64,000 nucleotides of DNA. Origin: Obrimoposthia wandeli (taxonomy: Eukaryota). The DNA is taken from assembly GCA_977020255.1 (NCBI GenBank), contig CDROCS010002923.1, positions 62,001 through 126,000 on the forward strand, in the 5' to 3' direction. This document shows, in pieces, positions 1 through 12,066 of the stretch (position 1 is its first letter; the number at the start of each line of letters is the position of its first letter). The translations under genes were made by a program, and so were the position numbers. Below the pieces are notes generated by a model. The model did no database searches and was not told where the DNA came from. It worked only from the letters and a program-made list of their open reading frames with translations.

Positions 1-1901
1 GCGGGTGTGTTAGTTAGCAAACAATGATTCTTGCTCAATTATGACAATTCATAACTTTGATTGACAAGCAGTTATGATTTGAATTTTTCACTGATCTATA
101 ATGCTCTATTTAAAAATTATTTTATTTTCTATCCGTATTTTTTCATACCCCTCAAATTTATGAAAAATAGACGGAATGCTAATATTGGCCTTTTTAAAAT
201 AGTTTACAAAAATGAATTAGATTGACAATGAATTAGGATATTTTCTAAGTTTTATTTTGTTCGCAAATATCCACTTATGATAATAATGTTTTGCTAAATG
301 ACTGATTTTGGCTATCTTTGGTCAACCGTAGTACAAAACTGATCAGTCCACCAAGTATCATGTTTGGGCATTAGGGCATTGTGACCATTTTAAATCATTC
401 ATCATGCACTGCATGGTTTATAATGTTATATTAGGTGTTTAATTAATTATTAACATTTTTATTGAGTTACAACGTATATAATGGGATAAAATATACATAT
501 AAACAAAATTGGTGACGAAATATAATTTATTTTAGAAAAAGTCTCAAAATGTCTGTCATGCTCATCAATATTGAAATTAACCAGTTGGTCGTAGGACGAT
601 ATCTTTGGTCAGTTTTGTTAAAACTAGTATTGTTTTACAATTTTTTTATTTGTCTCGCATGTTTACAATATTTATCCAATGGTTTTATTTTTATAATATA
701 TTTATAATAGAGGAACGAATCTCAGAGCCATCTTCCACTTTTTAAGACTTACTAAATTTAAAATTTTAATTTTAACTATATAAAATTTTTCATGTTCAAT
801 ATAATATAATTTGTTGATAAAAATAAAGAATATTATCATATGGTATCATACAGTTTACTGCTCTCAGAATTGGTTCGATACTCTTTTGAGAATTTTACGA
901 TCCGTTTAATTATACATAAACCGTGAGATGTACGTACTAAAATATATTTTCGAGTTTACAAAAGCCTATATCAAAACATTTCGAAGAATATTTTACTGAT
1001 TTTATTTAAAATTGGACTAAAACAGTTTAATAATTTATGATGTTTTATTATTTTTCATTCATAGTTAAAGCAGAATTGGAAACAGCTGATATGTTAAACA
1101 TTCTAAAATTTAAAGTATTTATAATGTAAAGCACTATCTTTATCTTTAAGTAATTCGTTTATATATAACTTAAGTTTACATTTTCAATATTTCCAAATGT
1201 TTACAAAATATGTTGCACAAAAATAAAAATAAAGTTAACTGAATAAATTGTTTCTAGTTCCAAGTGATCTTGCAACTTTAGAACATAAATTTAAAATGAC
1301 GTTTATTGAAGCTCATGAAATGTATTTATTTAGACTGAGTAATATGGTTGAAATACACAACAAAAATAGTTTTTAATAATTAATAAATGCTCAACTCAAC
1401 ATTCATTGAACTAAATAAGAAAATTATAATTAGAGTTGCTGTACAAACTTGTAACTGAAAATTATCTAATTGTAAATATTTGATAAATTCTAAATCTTAC
1501 CGTAGAATAATCTTTGAGTAGGATTCAGCTTTGGACTGATACTATGATAATTGCTTGCGAAATTAAATAAGGTTATTTTCTAAATTTAGTTTTTTTTTCC
1601 TTCAATTTATTGTGGAAGTTTTCAGTTAATATTTTAGTAACATAATAAAAGGTTCTTTGGGTGGAAAATTTTTTTTTTTACAAATAATTTGCTCTTGCGT
1701 AATCAATTTGATCAAATAACAAAATCAAGAGACTTGTTTGTCAAATATATTTTATTCAACAAAGGTAAGTAACATTTGATGATAAGATTAAAGCCGCAAT
1801 ACAACATTTAAGTGTGTTGCCTAACCATAGACGGTCACATCCATACTTGAACAATGTTTTTCAGCCAAACCTTTGCAGTGTGGACTGTCACTCTTGGGCG
1901 A

Positions 1902-1916
1902 TGACGTCACTTCCGG
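1902..1916 (-). promoter_or_regulatory. Perfect overlapping ETS-CRE composite motif (CCGGAAGTGACGTCA)
   Basis: Plus strand TGACGTCACTTCCGG at 1902-1916, a GC-rich 15-mer in very AT-rich sequence. Function is not shown. Confidence 0.4.
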
Positions 1917-2303
1917 TTGGTGTGTTAAACTCCTTCCTTATATCTACTACAAAAATAATAAAAAATGGAAATGCTAATATGTGCACTCTGGAGGACAATA
2001 TTATTTCACCGACGTGTTAAATGGCAATGTTCCATTTTCTAAAAATCTATAATAAATTTATGATACATTTGTAGTTTCCCTTTGTTTTTTCTTTATCTTA
2101 ATTTTTTAGGCTGTTAACTTTACACTAGTAGTTCCAAATAACGGTAATTATTTCTATGATTTTATTTGAATTGAATCTAAAAATTTATAGCAACTAAGAA
2201 GTTTAACGATTATAATTTATATATTTCCGTTAATTCACCAAAAGCCGGAGAGTCTTCATTGTGTCTGGTTACTGTATATGACGAATTGTTTTGTCTTTTG
2301 CAG

Positions 2304-2436
2304 GCAAAAGTGTCTTGTCTTATCTGTGTAGCTAAGTTACTTGAACACACCGACAAATGGTTCGTGCTCGATGACGTGTTACCCATGCTCGGAGACCTGA
2401 AGACCAAGGAGCCAGCGGTGTTGATGGCAATTCTTG
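2304..2436 (+). CDS. SCYL2: SCY1-like pseudokinase 2, internal exon (upstream exons not found in window)
   Basis: ttttgcag acceptor, then AKVSCLICVAKLLEHTDKWFVLDDVLPMLGDLKTKEPAVLMAIL, then G|gtaag donor. Matches the remembered SCYL2 stretch VRVNSLVCLGKILEYLDKWFVLDDILPFL...KEPAVLMGILG. Confidence 0.92.
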
Positions 2437-3829
2437 GTAAGCAAACGTGGGACAAAAATGAACGGTCCTTAAGTCAAATGAATTTTTAATATAGAAATAA
2501 TGGAATATTTAGGAGACACCATACCTAGTAGTATTTCTCCATTTATTTAAAACACTGGCATATTGTTCGCCATTATGTAAATAAATAATGTTTTATTCTT
2601 TTTGAGAATGATATATATTTCTTTGCAAAGAATAACATACGTGGAAATAAGAGTAAAATTTCAATTACAATTGTAAAATGTACCTTTAACATACAACGAT
2701 GAAATCAAAAAATCATCATTACGATGTCTGGGCTTATATTGACTCCAGTGATAAATTCAAAACAATAACACATAGCATACAAACATTAATATTTATTGAG
2801 TACTATTTTGAAGTAAATTTCTGCTGACATTTATTGCACTTATTATTATATTGTCGATCCACAGATCTTGGGATCAAAAAAACAGCGTCTTCTCATAAAA
2901 TCAGTATTCATTTTAATTCTTTTACTGCATAGCATCTTAATCACCAAAAGTACAAATTATAATCCGTCTTATATTATTACGTTGATAGTTTAACTTTCAT
3001 TCTCAGTATCTGAATATGTTCTTGTAAGTTCATCTTCTAGCATCTTCAATGCTTCATACGATTCCATTTTAAAATTTTGATTTATGTAAATTTGATAATA
3101 TAAAAATAAATTTAGTATATTTCTTAGAAACGATTAAAAACTAAAATAAATCTTTTTTGTATATATAAATTGATATTTTAATTCAGTTTTTTGCTCAGGA
3201 ATTATTTAATATAAATATGAATGCTTAAGGATTAGAAAGTAGATGTTTCAACTGAAAAATTAATATTTAAATTATAATTTTAATGTGAATATACTAATTT
3301 TACATTTAAAATGTTTTGGATTCATATCGAACCAAATTACATGTCTAGTGTTAAAAGTACAAATTGATTCAACCTATTCAATCACTATAACATAATTAAG
3401 TTTGGATATGAAGTAGCCAATATCACTAGCTTTTTTTTGTTGGTAATCACATGTGCTGAGTGTAAATTAAAGGTTTAACCAAAGTAAAGGCTATTAAAAA
3501 AAGAACAGAAATGTATTTAAAATAATTTAAATCTAATAACGAAAGAACATACACTACCGTTTTATATTTTTGCCCTGCTTGATCAATGCACAGTTTTAAT
3601 CTACTAAGAAAACCATTACTAACGTTTCTCAACATTTCCGAAGTATTTTTTGCATGCACTTTTTATTGACATTTTCAACTCATCTAAATCAGCTGGCGTA
3701 GTTTTGTGTGTATTGTACTTAATAAGGTTCAATTTTATCAAAGTGGCATTCCTACATAAATAATTTTCTATTCTTTCGATTTACAATGTCCTCATTTTTG
3801 TTGGTAATTTAATCACCCTCCTTTTTCAG

Positions 3830-4049
3830 GAATTTATCAAATGGCGTTCAGTCACAAGAAGCTAGGCATTACCAAGGAAAGTTTGGCTAATAAAGCGGTA
3901 CCGTTTCTGTTGCCATTGGCGACTGACAACAACCTAAATCTCAGTCAATACTCTGCCTTCATGAACCTCATCCAGCAAATGATTGTCCAGATCGATACGG
4001 AACACCGATCTAAGCTGGAGCAGATTAATGGGATCCAGGAAGAATACAA
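3830..4049 (+). CDS. SCYL2: SCYL2 exon
   Basis: ctttttcag acceptor; phase 1 matches the previous exon (G|GA). Encodes GIYQMAFSHKKLGITKESLANKAVPFLLPL...HRSKLEQ. Donor gtgggc at 4050. Confidence 0.92.
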
Positions 4050-4115
4050 GTGGGCACAAGTTCTCCATACATTGTAGTAGACTTATTAGTGATGTTTAAC
4101 TGTGATTTTGCGCAG

Positions 4116-4432
4116 ATCTCTGCCGATGAGCTCCATGAATGGTGACCAGCAGCAACAGCAGTCACAACAAAGCCAGCAGCAAGACGAAAAGTACGCAAAC
4201 TTGCTAGATGAGGTCAGTGAAGCATTCGGGTTTAGTGGCACTGGGAGCAGCAGTGGACCCGGAGGATCGAGTGCGCTGCCTCAGACGCTAGTGCGGTTCA
4301 CCTGTCAAGATGGAGCGACAGTCAGTAGCGGCATAGGCAGCGGTAGCAGTGGGGTGGGCCTCAGTCTGCAGCAGAAGCAACGACTGGCCTCTCAGCAAGA
4401 ACAAATGACCAGGCTGCGCCAAACCACGTCAG
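4116..4432 (+). CDS. SCYL2: SCYL2 exon (Q/S/G-rich linker, LSLQQKQRLASQQEQ)
   Basis: 66-nt intron 4050-4115 with phase 2 consistent (AA|A, K-S-L). LSLQQKQRLASQQEQ resembles SCYL2 LTLEEKQKLAKEQEQ. Donor gtgag at 4433. Confidence 0.88.
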
Positions 4433-5145
4433 GTGAGCGGACACTGCCTATCGTGGTTGGGGTACTGCATGGAAAACAATTTACTCTAAGGATAATATTT
4501 TTAACATACCTTTTCTTCGTAAACTGATTTTTCAGGTTTTAAATTTTTTTAAAAAAAGCTGATTTTAATATAATTTATAATAAAAATATATTTTTTAAAT
4601 TACATGCATTTGAAAATTATATATCACACTGTCGATCCTCTTTTGCATCTGTTATTCCTTTTGATCAATTTGAACTCAACGTTAAGCATCTATGATATAA
4701 TCTTTTTATATCTAACGTTTTTTGTTTTGTAAAATTAAATGTTTACCAATATTTCTTATTAATTATTTTAATATTTCAATTTTTGTTACAATTTTAAAAT
4801 ATGTGAACTTATATGTTTGGGTTTTATAAATTTTTAAAAGCTTTTTTCTCAACTAAAGAAATTCACATTTTATTTATGAAAAAGTGAATGAGTTTGTTAG
4901 CTAAGGTTTTTTTATTATTTTAGTATTCTTAATGCTTTGTCGTTTTCTTTAGCCCAGTGGAATGTTTCTTCTCAAAACTATAATTTTTGTTGATTTTGTT
5001 CTTCCTATAGTTTTTAAGTTTATGTTTATAATGATTCAGGTATTTGAGTATAGAAGGAGGCTTATGTCTGAAATTTTCGACACTATGTACTGTTTTTATG
5101 TCACTACTTGCTTTCACGAAAATAATGTGTTTTAGGCAGTGCATG

Positions 5146-5655
5146 TTTAAAATTAGGACGTTTCGGACTTTCCCGATTTTTGGTAGGTTTCTGATAGGTT
5201 TTTTTGTATCAATTTACAAGAAATAGTTAGTTTTCAGAAATAAAAGATTTGAGCGAATTTACAAGAAATAGTTAGTTAGATTTTTGCCTGTCCACCTCTG
5301 AAGTTGTGGTTAACGTCTTGATGGAAATCAGAGATGGAATTGTGCTCAGATGATCCGTCCTCACAAAGATTACAAAGTCTGGTTTGGAGTTCAGTGTACA
5401 CTTCCTTATCTCTTTTCCTCGATTTGATACCACGTTCATCTTGAAGAAGAATGCCAGAAACCTGACCATACTGGACTCAATAAGCACTCAATAATCACTC
5501 AATAAGCATTCAAATTGACTTACTATTTCATATAAATTGACTCAAATCTAAATATTTGAAACTAACTATTTTTTATAAATTGACCCACAAAACTTATTAA
5601 AAAAAGCTTCAATTTCTACCAAAATTTTGGAATGTCCGAAACGTCCTACTTTAAA
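5146..5655 (-). mobile_element. Internally deleted Mutator-like (MULE) relic with ~40-bp imperfect inverted repeats
   Basis: 5146-5186 and 5616-5655 are inverted copies (core taggacgtttcggac). A minus frame at ~5285-5470 reads SGILLQDERGIKSRKRDKEVYTELQTRLCNLCEDG...ISDFHQDVNHNFR, resembling MULE transposase C-termini. Confidence 0.45.
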
Positions 5656-6339
5656 AAAGGGCCAGTCCAAAATGTCCTACAGTCGTTTTAGGCACTCTTG
5701 GCACTTAAGAAGGTTTTTGATTACGGCATTACTCTTTTTACTTGTAAATTTCCTAGTTAACCTAGATATTTATTACTTACAAATTATAAAACGTTGTAAT
5801 TTATTCTTGTATTTCAATTTTTGGATGACCGTTTATGTAAAACAACAATTAATAAAGAATTTCCCTTACTGTGGAATAAAAGTGAATGTAAAAAATAATA
5901 CAGTATTTATCCACTTATAACTGGTATTTCGATTGGTTTTCTACCCACATAGACTTTTTCGTATCTTTATTCTCAGTTTTAAAGGTGGCTCAATGAAAAA
6001 TAGTGTGCTGGATAATTTGAAACCCAATTTCAATTAAATTAAACAACTTGTATCATTTTGTCGGTAGACATTAGTCAAACACAATAATGTAGAAAATAAT
6101 GCTAATATAATGCAGACAGTCTGCATATTGCAAGCAGCATTCTTCAAGCCATTTCTATCAAATGAAGCCCCTAACACTTATTAAGTATTTTAGTAAGTTA
6201 TGTTTTATATCGTAGACATAATTCAAGACTTAGATTTCACAACACAATTTATATTTTGAATATTAAATGTCAGTTTTTAAACAAATTATTGAAAGTGAGA
6301 TAATTTCGGTTTCTGATTACGTAACTTTCCCCTTCACAA

Positions 6340-6795
6340 TTCAAATTTACATTTCTTCAGCTATTCGATTCTTCTGGGATGTATTCCTCTTGGAAACTGT
6401 ATTGATAACTGTCGTGGACTCAAAGTTCTATTATTCTATATGGGCCTTCATACCGGTCAATAAATTTGCTTCTTTTAATTGGGTCCTTTTTACTTCAAAT
6501 ATCCTTTCCCCTCTTCTTTCATTGTCTAACTTCTTTAACCTTTCAGCTGAGATTTGTTGGTTCTTCCATACATCTTGAATGATATTTTCTTTATTGTTTT
6601 TTGATGCTTGAATTGTTATTTTTCTTCCAAAAATGACCTCAAACGGTGAATGTTTTGAAGAACTATTTACTGTTGCATTTATAGTAAATTCAATGTGTGG
6701 CAATAAATCGTGTCAACCTTTTCCTGTTTTTTTCCCCGTTACAATCATATCTCTTACCGTGCGTATAACTCTTTCTGCTAGACCGTTAGCTTGGT
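6340..6795 (-). pseudogene. Gypsy integrase C-terminal fragment
   Basis: QANGLAERVIRTVRDMI, LPHIEFTINATVNSSSKHSPFEVIFG and GPY motif (RYEGPYRII), with frameshifts. Confidence 0.85.
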
Positions 6796-6798
6796 TAG

Positions 6799-7030
6799 CT
6801 TGAAAATTTTGGGACGAATTGCGTTTCCTATACTATTACGTTTAGGACGAATTGATTCAAAAATATTTACAAATGTAGTAATGAACTATATACCAATTTT
6901 GATTCAAGTAAAATCAAATGCAATTAGTGAAGTACCAGGTTTGTTGCCTGAAGCAACAAAAGCTGCTAGTCAACTAATGACTGCAATAAAGAAAGTCGAA
7001 AACGACCAGCACAAATTCCTGTTGAAATAA
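6799..7030 (+). pseudogene. 5'-truncated small Polinton/adintovirus ORF preceding the major capsid gene (amphipathic, 'gasderminX'-like)
   Basis: LKILGRIAFPILLRLG parallels MKVFGCFAFPLLKRLG of ORF 33900-34163. Both lie immediately upstream of an MCP gene. Confidence 0.6.
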
Positions 7031-7101
7031 AATAAAAACTACAGAAAATTAGTGGTAGTATAAATAAACGTAGAAAAATAGGAACCATATTTGAGTAAGA
7101 A

Positions 7102-8329
7102 ATGGCATGTGCAAAATCTGAACTGTGTTTATTTGATCGTCCACTACCTCAAATTGCTATAGAAAATGGATGTTTTGAGAATATTTACCCGGTTAATAAT
7201 ATTACCGGTAGTACTATTAATACAATAGAGTTTAATATCCATTCGAGTGAAACAGAATATTTAGATTTGAATGATTCTCTATTATATTTGAAAATTAAAG
7301 TTTTAAAAAATAATGGAACAAACAGTTATATTGACATGATTGAAGCAGATAAATTTAGACCAACAAATTTCTTTTTTCCATACACTATTTAAAAATGTGC
7401 AAATTCATCTGAATATTACTCGTATTGAAGGAGGAAATGGTAATTATGCTCACAAGGCTTTGATTGAATGTATGCTTAATTATAGCAAAGATACGAAAAG
7501 TGTTTCATTAGATGGAATTAGTTATGATAGTAATGAGAATGTACGAAAAGGGTGGATTGAAAAATCTAGTGAATTTGAGTTGTGCGGTTCAATTCGATCA
7601 GATTTTCTTGAACAACCCAAATATCTGCTTCCCAGTATAAATGTCGGTATAAAATTGATTATTTCCAATGCAAATATGTCACTAAAACAGGTATAACTCG
7701 TAGAATAAAACATTTAGATGCTAAAATAAAAGTTAGACGTGTACGAGTTGAACCATCAGTTTTGATGGCTCATAGGATTGATTTGGAAACTCTAATGCGG
7801 TTTATCCATATAGACGGGGGAAAGTGGAACATTATTCACTACCTAAATTTTTATAAATCACCTATTGTTGATGATGAGCAATTCCATAAATTTGTTTTAG
7901 TTACATTTCAACATAATCTTAAAATGGATGGGTCTAGTGAAACAGACACTTCAGAATTTGATCATTGTAATGTCGGTTCAATTTGCCTTAGTATAAACAC
8001 TGATTTTGTTGAAACATACACTACAAATTTTGAAAAAGATGAATACATGTTTGCGTATATTTAATCACTGATTAGAAACATGAGATTATTGGATAATAAT
8101 ATAAAACATAGGTATAATATCTGAAGAGTTTAAGGAACGTTACTCATTTTTTATATTCATATTGGTCCCTGACTTTGATATAAATCAACATCAATTACCG
8201 AGACAAGGTAATCTAAGACTTGACGTAAAGTTTCACAAGGGATTGGAACATCCATCAAACCTTATAATTTACGGTGTTTTTGATACTGAAATTCAAGTAA
8301 CTAAAGGCAAACGTCCAATTGTAGGATGA
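7102..8329 (+). pseudogene. Polinton/Maverick major capsid protein (double jelly-roll), frameshifted
   Basis: N-term CAKSELCLF...YLDLNDSLLYLKIKV; middle FELCGSIRSDFLEQPKYLLP; C-term GNLRLDVKF...LIIYGVFDTEIQV, stop at 8327-8329. Split over several ORFs. Confidence 0.88.
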
Positions 8330-8704
8330 AGTAAGTGTTGAGTATTTATTGATCTTAATAAATGTAGTTCTAAACAGGTTAATACTGTGGAAATTGAATT
8401 GTTGGAACATAAATTCAAAGGAGTGTTTCCTATGGATAAAATACCGACTCTAAAGCCTGGCAGATATGTTGTAAATACTCAGACAAGTAATTTACCTGGT
8501 GAACACTGGATTGCGCTATTCGTGAGACGTGATAGTGTACACGTATTCGATCCTCTAGGAATTTATTATCCATCAGCACTCATTAGACATGTTTAAATGA
8601 GTGGGAAACGTTATGTATTCTATAATAAAACTCGTATGCAAACCCCATTAAATAATAATTGTGGTCCTTTATGTCTTTTATGGTTGTATCATCAAGTTTC
8701 TTAA
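8326..8704 (+). pseudogene. Polinton adenain-type cysteine protease
   Basis: GEHWIALF, VFDP, RMQ...NCGPLC give the His/Asp/Gln/Cys catalytic set. In-frame stop at 8594-8596. Confidence 0.88.
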
Positions 8705-9680
8705 TAAATTTTACGAATTTAAACGACTTATTTTATTAAAATATATATAGATTATAAATATTAATTTCAATAAAATTTCTTACATTTTTAGAATCTGATA
8801 TTTATTTAGAAATATAAAAAATATAAAATATTTAAACTTATAATTTGATAATTTAGATTCGTTAGAATTTTACAAATCTTTTTTTAAAAAAATTTAAAAA
8901 CTTTTATACTTGCAAATAAATTTGTTATTTCCAAAGACATGAAAATAATATCAAACATATTATGACATACTGTATTTCACAATATATATTTTAATATATG
9001 AACTTTTAGAACGATATAATGGAATCTTTTGTATTAAAAGCTGAAAATTTGAGATTAAGAACTCGAAAATTACAAATTGGATACTTACAGAATCAGGCAG
9101 ATATTAAAGAGTTGAAAATATCGAAATTGAGAAGTTAGAACTTCTCATCTTAAAACGTTAACTACAAAATATGAAGTTGTAAAAAATATTTTGTCGTTTT
9201 TCGTTGAACAATCAAAATTGAGTATAAACATGAACTGATTTCCTTATTATCTTGTTATAAACACAGTGTACAAAAAAATTATATATCCTTATTATTTTTT
9301 AAATATAAACTCTTTATACATCGGTTAACCATCATCTTCATACAACATTTACCTCTAAAGTTGCTTTAAAATGTTTTGACTATAAAATGAGATGGGTTTG
9401 TAAGAATAAAAGCCTTGCTTATGGTCATTTTAATTTAACTTAATAATTTTTAAATAATATATATAGTTTTGTTATTGTTATTATTATTTAATGTCATCAT
9501 TTGTACACACACACTCATTCACTTCAATATATTAATACAACTTTTGTGTTTAATCAATTTATTTAATATATAGGATTAATTTGATTAGTTGACCAATTAT
9601 ATTGAAGTTAGGTTTTTATATAATCGAAAAACTTTAGTTTTAAAATCATTTCAGCATTATGACTTTAAGTACTTTGGATA

Positions 9681-10210
9681 TGTTATGTGCTCTTCGCACC
9701 AACCTTAAAGAAGAAAATTTTCAATATCATTACCATCAAAGTATCACATGAATAAATGATTTATTGATTTTATTTTAATGTTATTATCATATGAATAAAT
9801 AATTAATTGATTTTATTATTCTTTCAAGGTTAACTATAAACAAAAGTAATATAACTATAATCTTTGCCAAAGGTGCTGCCCGGTCTTCGGATGAAGGGCT
9901 GCCCTCTTAGGAGGCTCCGCAAGGGAGACTTTGGTCACTTAAAATATACTTAATCTACTTTTGTTTGAAACTGTAAGATTTATAGCGCGATATTTGAAAC
10001 ATTTTCTTGAAATCGCGCATACAACACCAGACCTGACTTGGGGTTGTATTTAGGATTTTGAGTCATTTTAAGCCATTTTAACGACACTCTGTCTAAAAAT
10101 GACTATATATATAGACTTTTTAGGCACTATAGTGTTGGTACTAAATCAAAGCGACAAGGCCACCTGGGGGGCTTTGTCGATTTGGTTTAGTACCGACACT
10201 ATATACTACT
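9681..10210 (-). mobile_element. Polinton terminal segment (AGTAGT end, subterminal hairpin, start of PolB)
   Basis: Inverted homologue of 17949-18584. Similarity ends exactly at ACTACT (10205-10210), which interrupts the Gypsy LTR. The inner end reads GWCEEHITYPKYLK, PolB N-terminal-like. Confidence 0.75.
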
Positions 10211-10436
10211 GACTTAGATTTAGCAACACAATTTATATCCTCAATATTAAATATAAATTTTTAAACAAATTAGGGAAAGTAAGATAATTCCGGTTTCTAA
10301 TTACATAACTTAGTAAAATGAATTTAGATAATAATATAACATAAATTTCATAAAACTTCATTTTGGAGTACTGTAGTTTCGTGTAGTGATTCACATTCAA
10401 TCAAATGTTCACTCCTTCTAATGTGACCAATCACAG

Positions 10437-10575
10437 GAGCTCCAGTGCAGCCCATATCAGTTAATCAACGACTTCGAGGCCCACCAAGCAGTCAGCCTAA
10501 GGATCTCACTAGCACCCTTGTAGACCGCAATCTGGCTATGATGAGTCAGCCTGTAGTTCAGTCTAGTTGGAATGG
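10437..10575 (+). CDS. SCYL2: SCYL2 exon (PKDLTSTLVDRNL); below the ORF-track length cutoff
   Basis: cacag acceptor, phase 1 in (G|GA), phase 2 out (GG|gtgag). PKDLTSTL resembles SCYL2 TKDLTDTL. It exactly reconciles the phases of exons 4116-4432 and 11287-11608. Confidence 0.88.
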
Positions 10576-10921
10576 GTGAGTGACAAGTGATCGGAAAGGT
10601 GTCTGAACTTAGTTGATTATTTGAATTAAATTCAAACGAATTAACAAAAGAAACAGTAAAATTTCACGAGTTTTGATATAATATTAAATATTAAGATAAT
10701 GTAAGAAATAATATGTCGATTTATACTTGTCAATCGTGATGATAATTAATAAATATAATAAATCATTTCCACTGATTAACGCTCACTCATCTATTTAGAG
10801 ATCAGTTAAAAATATGTAAATTTTATTAATATAGGTAACACATCTTATCAAGGAATTAAATTAAATAATATTTTACATATACAATATAAATCTCAGTGAC
10901 GTATAACAAAGTCCAATTGAG

Positions 10922-11107
10922 AGTAGGTGGATGTGTCCGGTCTAATCCACACTCCCCCTCCCCCCCTTGTCCTTTAAAACCGTGCATGTGTGTGGAGTGA
11001 AATTTCGTGTAGGTGTGTGGAGTGAAATTTCACTTCACACACATGCACGGTTTTAAAGGACAAGGGGGGAGGGGGGGTGTGGATTAGACCGGACACATCC
11101 ACCTACT
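10922..11107. mobile_element. 186-bp foldback miniature element with Polinton-type AG...CT termini and 6-bp TSD ATTGAG
   Basis: ~83-bp near-perfect inverted arms starting AGTAGGTGGATGTG. ATTGAG lies at 10916-10921 and 11108-11113. Confidence 0.85.
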
Positions 11108-11286
11108 ATTGAGTTATAATAATATAATTTGGAAGAAGTAGTTGAAGACTTTACTATTCAGAAAATATTACGAAGGATAGTTGAAAACATGAAGCACTTT
11201 TGAGAAATAAATCATATATTCATTAGATATGGCGCTATATTAAATATATTATTGTTAAATATATCATATATTTATAAATCCCACAG

Positions 11287-11608
11287 AACGTCCTCGATGT
11301 CCTCGACCTCATATCAGCCAAACTACAACATTTCATCACCTAGCAACAATTTGGTCAGCAATGGTCCGCAATTTTCTAGACCTCAACAAATGTCCACACA
11401 GCTCCAGTCGCAACCTCGATCCAATATTGATCTTTCCGCTTTTGACAATCTCTGCAGTTTGGGTCCTGCACGTAACCAAATTCCCATGGCAGCCGCTGTT
11501 AGGCAACCAGCTCCCGTGGCAGCAATTTCTAGGCAAACAGGGCCCATGGTTTTGTCTCAGCCACCAGCTCCATCGGGAACTGTCGATATTGATGATCTGC
11601 TTGGCTGA
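11287..11608 (+). CDS. SCYL2: SCYL2 terminal coding exon
   Basis: cacag acceptor, phase 2. Contains DLSAFDNL and ends DIDDLLG*, like SCYL2 DLKDLFG*. Confidence 0.85.
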
Positions 11609-11868
11609 TAGCGACTGCTGCATATCCTACTCGACGTCATTCATACACAGTTTAACTATTCCTAAGGTATGTGCAACATATTTTCTGTAGTTTAAGTAAT
11701 TTTAAAAAATTATTCATAAATTAAAAATTTGAAATTAGTTGAATGAATCATGAATAAAAGGTAAACTTTACTAAATTTAATATTAAACAGTTTAACCCGT
11801 AGAAGAATATTAGCATCATTAACTCTAATGCATTGATTTTAATGATTTATGATATGATCAACTCATAA

Positions 11869-12066
11869 TTGAAGCAAAATATGACAGTTAGTAGAATGGC
11901 CTCAGTTTTGGGAATATCTAGGAATACAGTATACAAAGGAGAAAGGAAAAGAAAGGGAAAACAAATCATTTTAGAGAAACTTCAACAGATAGGCAAATTA
12001 TTAGGGCAAAAATTGTTGAATACGGTTCAAAAATTGCTTCAAAGAAAAAAGTTTTTATTTCGGTAA
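11869..12066 (+). pseudogene. Tc1/mariner-like N-terminal HTH relic
   Basis: MTVSRMASVLGISRNTVYK is an HTH-like pattern. The downstream sequence is degraded. Confidence 0.35.

Larger units (their letters stand above)
6196..10310 (-). mobile_element. Ty3/Gypsy LTR retrotransposon remnant with 131-bp LTR and 5-bp TSD TAGTA
   Basis: LTR 6196-6326 has AGTTA...TAACT ends. A second, truncated LTR lies at 10211-10310. TAGTA occurs at 6191-6195 and 10311-10315. PPT GAAGGGGAA (minus strand, 6327-6335) abuts the 3' LTR. Confidence 0.8.

Noticed and set aside
1-12. gcgg|gtgtgt as the donor of the preceding SCYL2 exon
   Set aside because: Only four possible exon bases are visible, so it cannot be tested.
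9681-10210. Helitron 3' end (hairpin near terminus)
   Set aside because: There is no CTRR terminus, the stem is much longer than Helitron hairpins, and the end is AGTAGT followed by PolB sequence.
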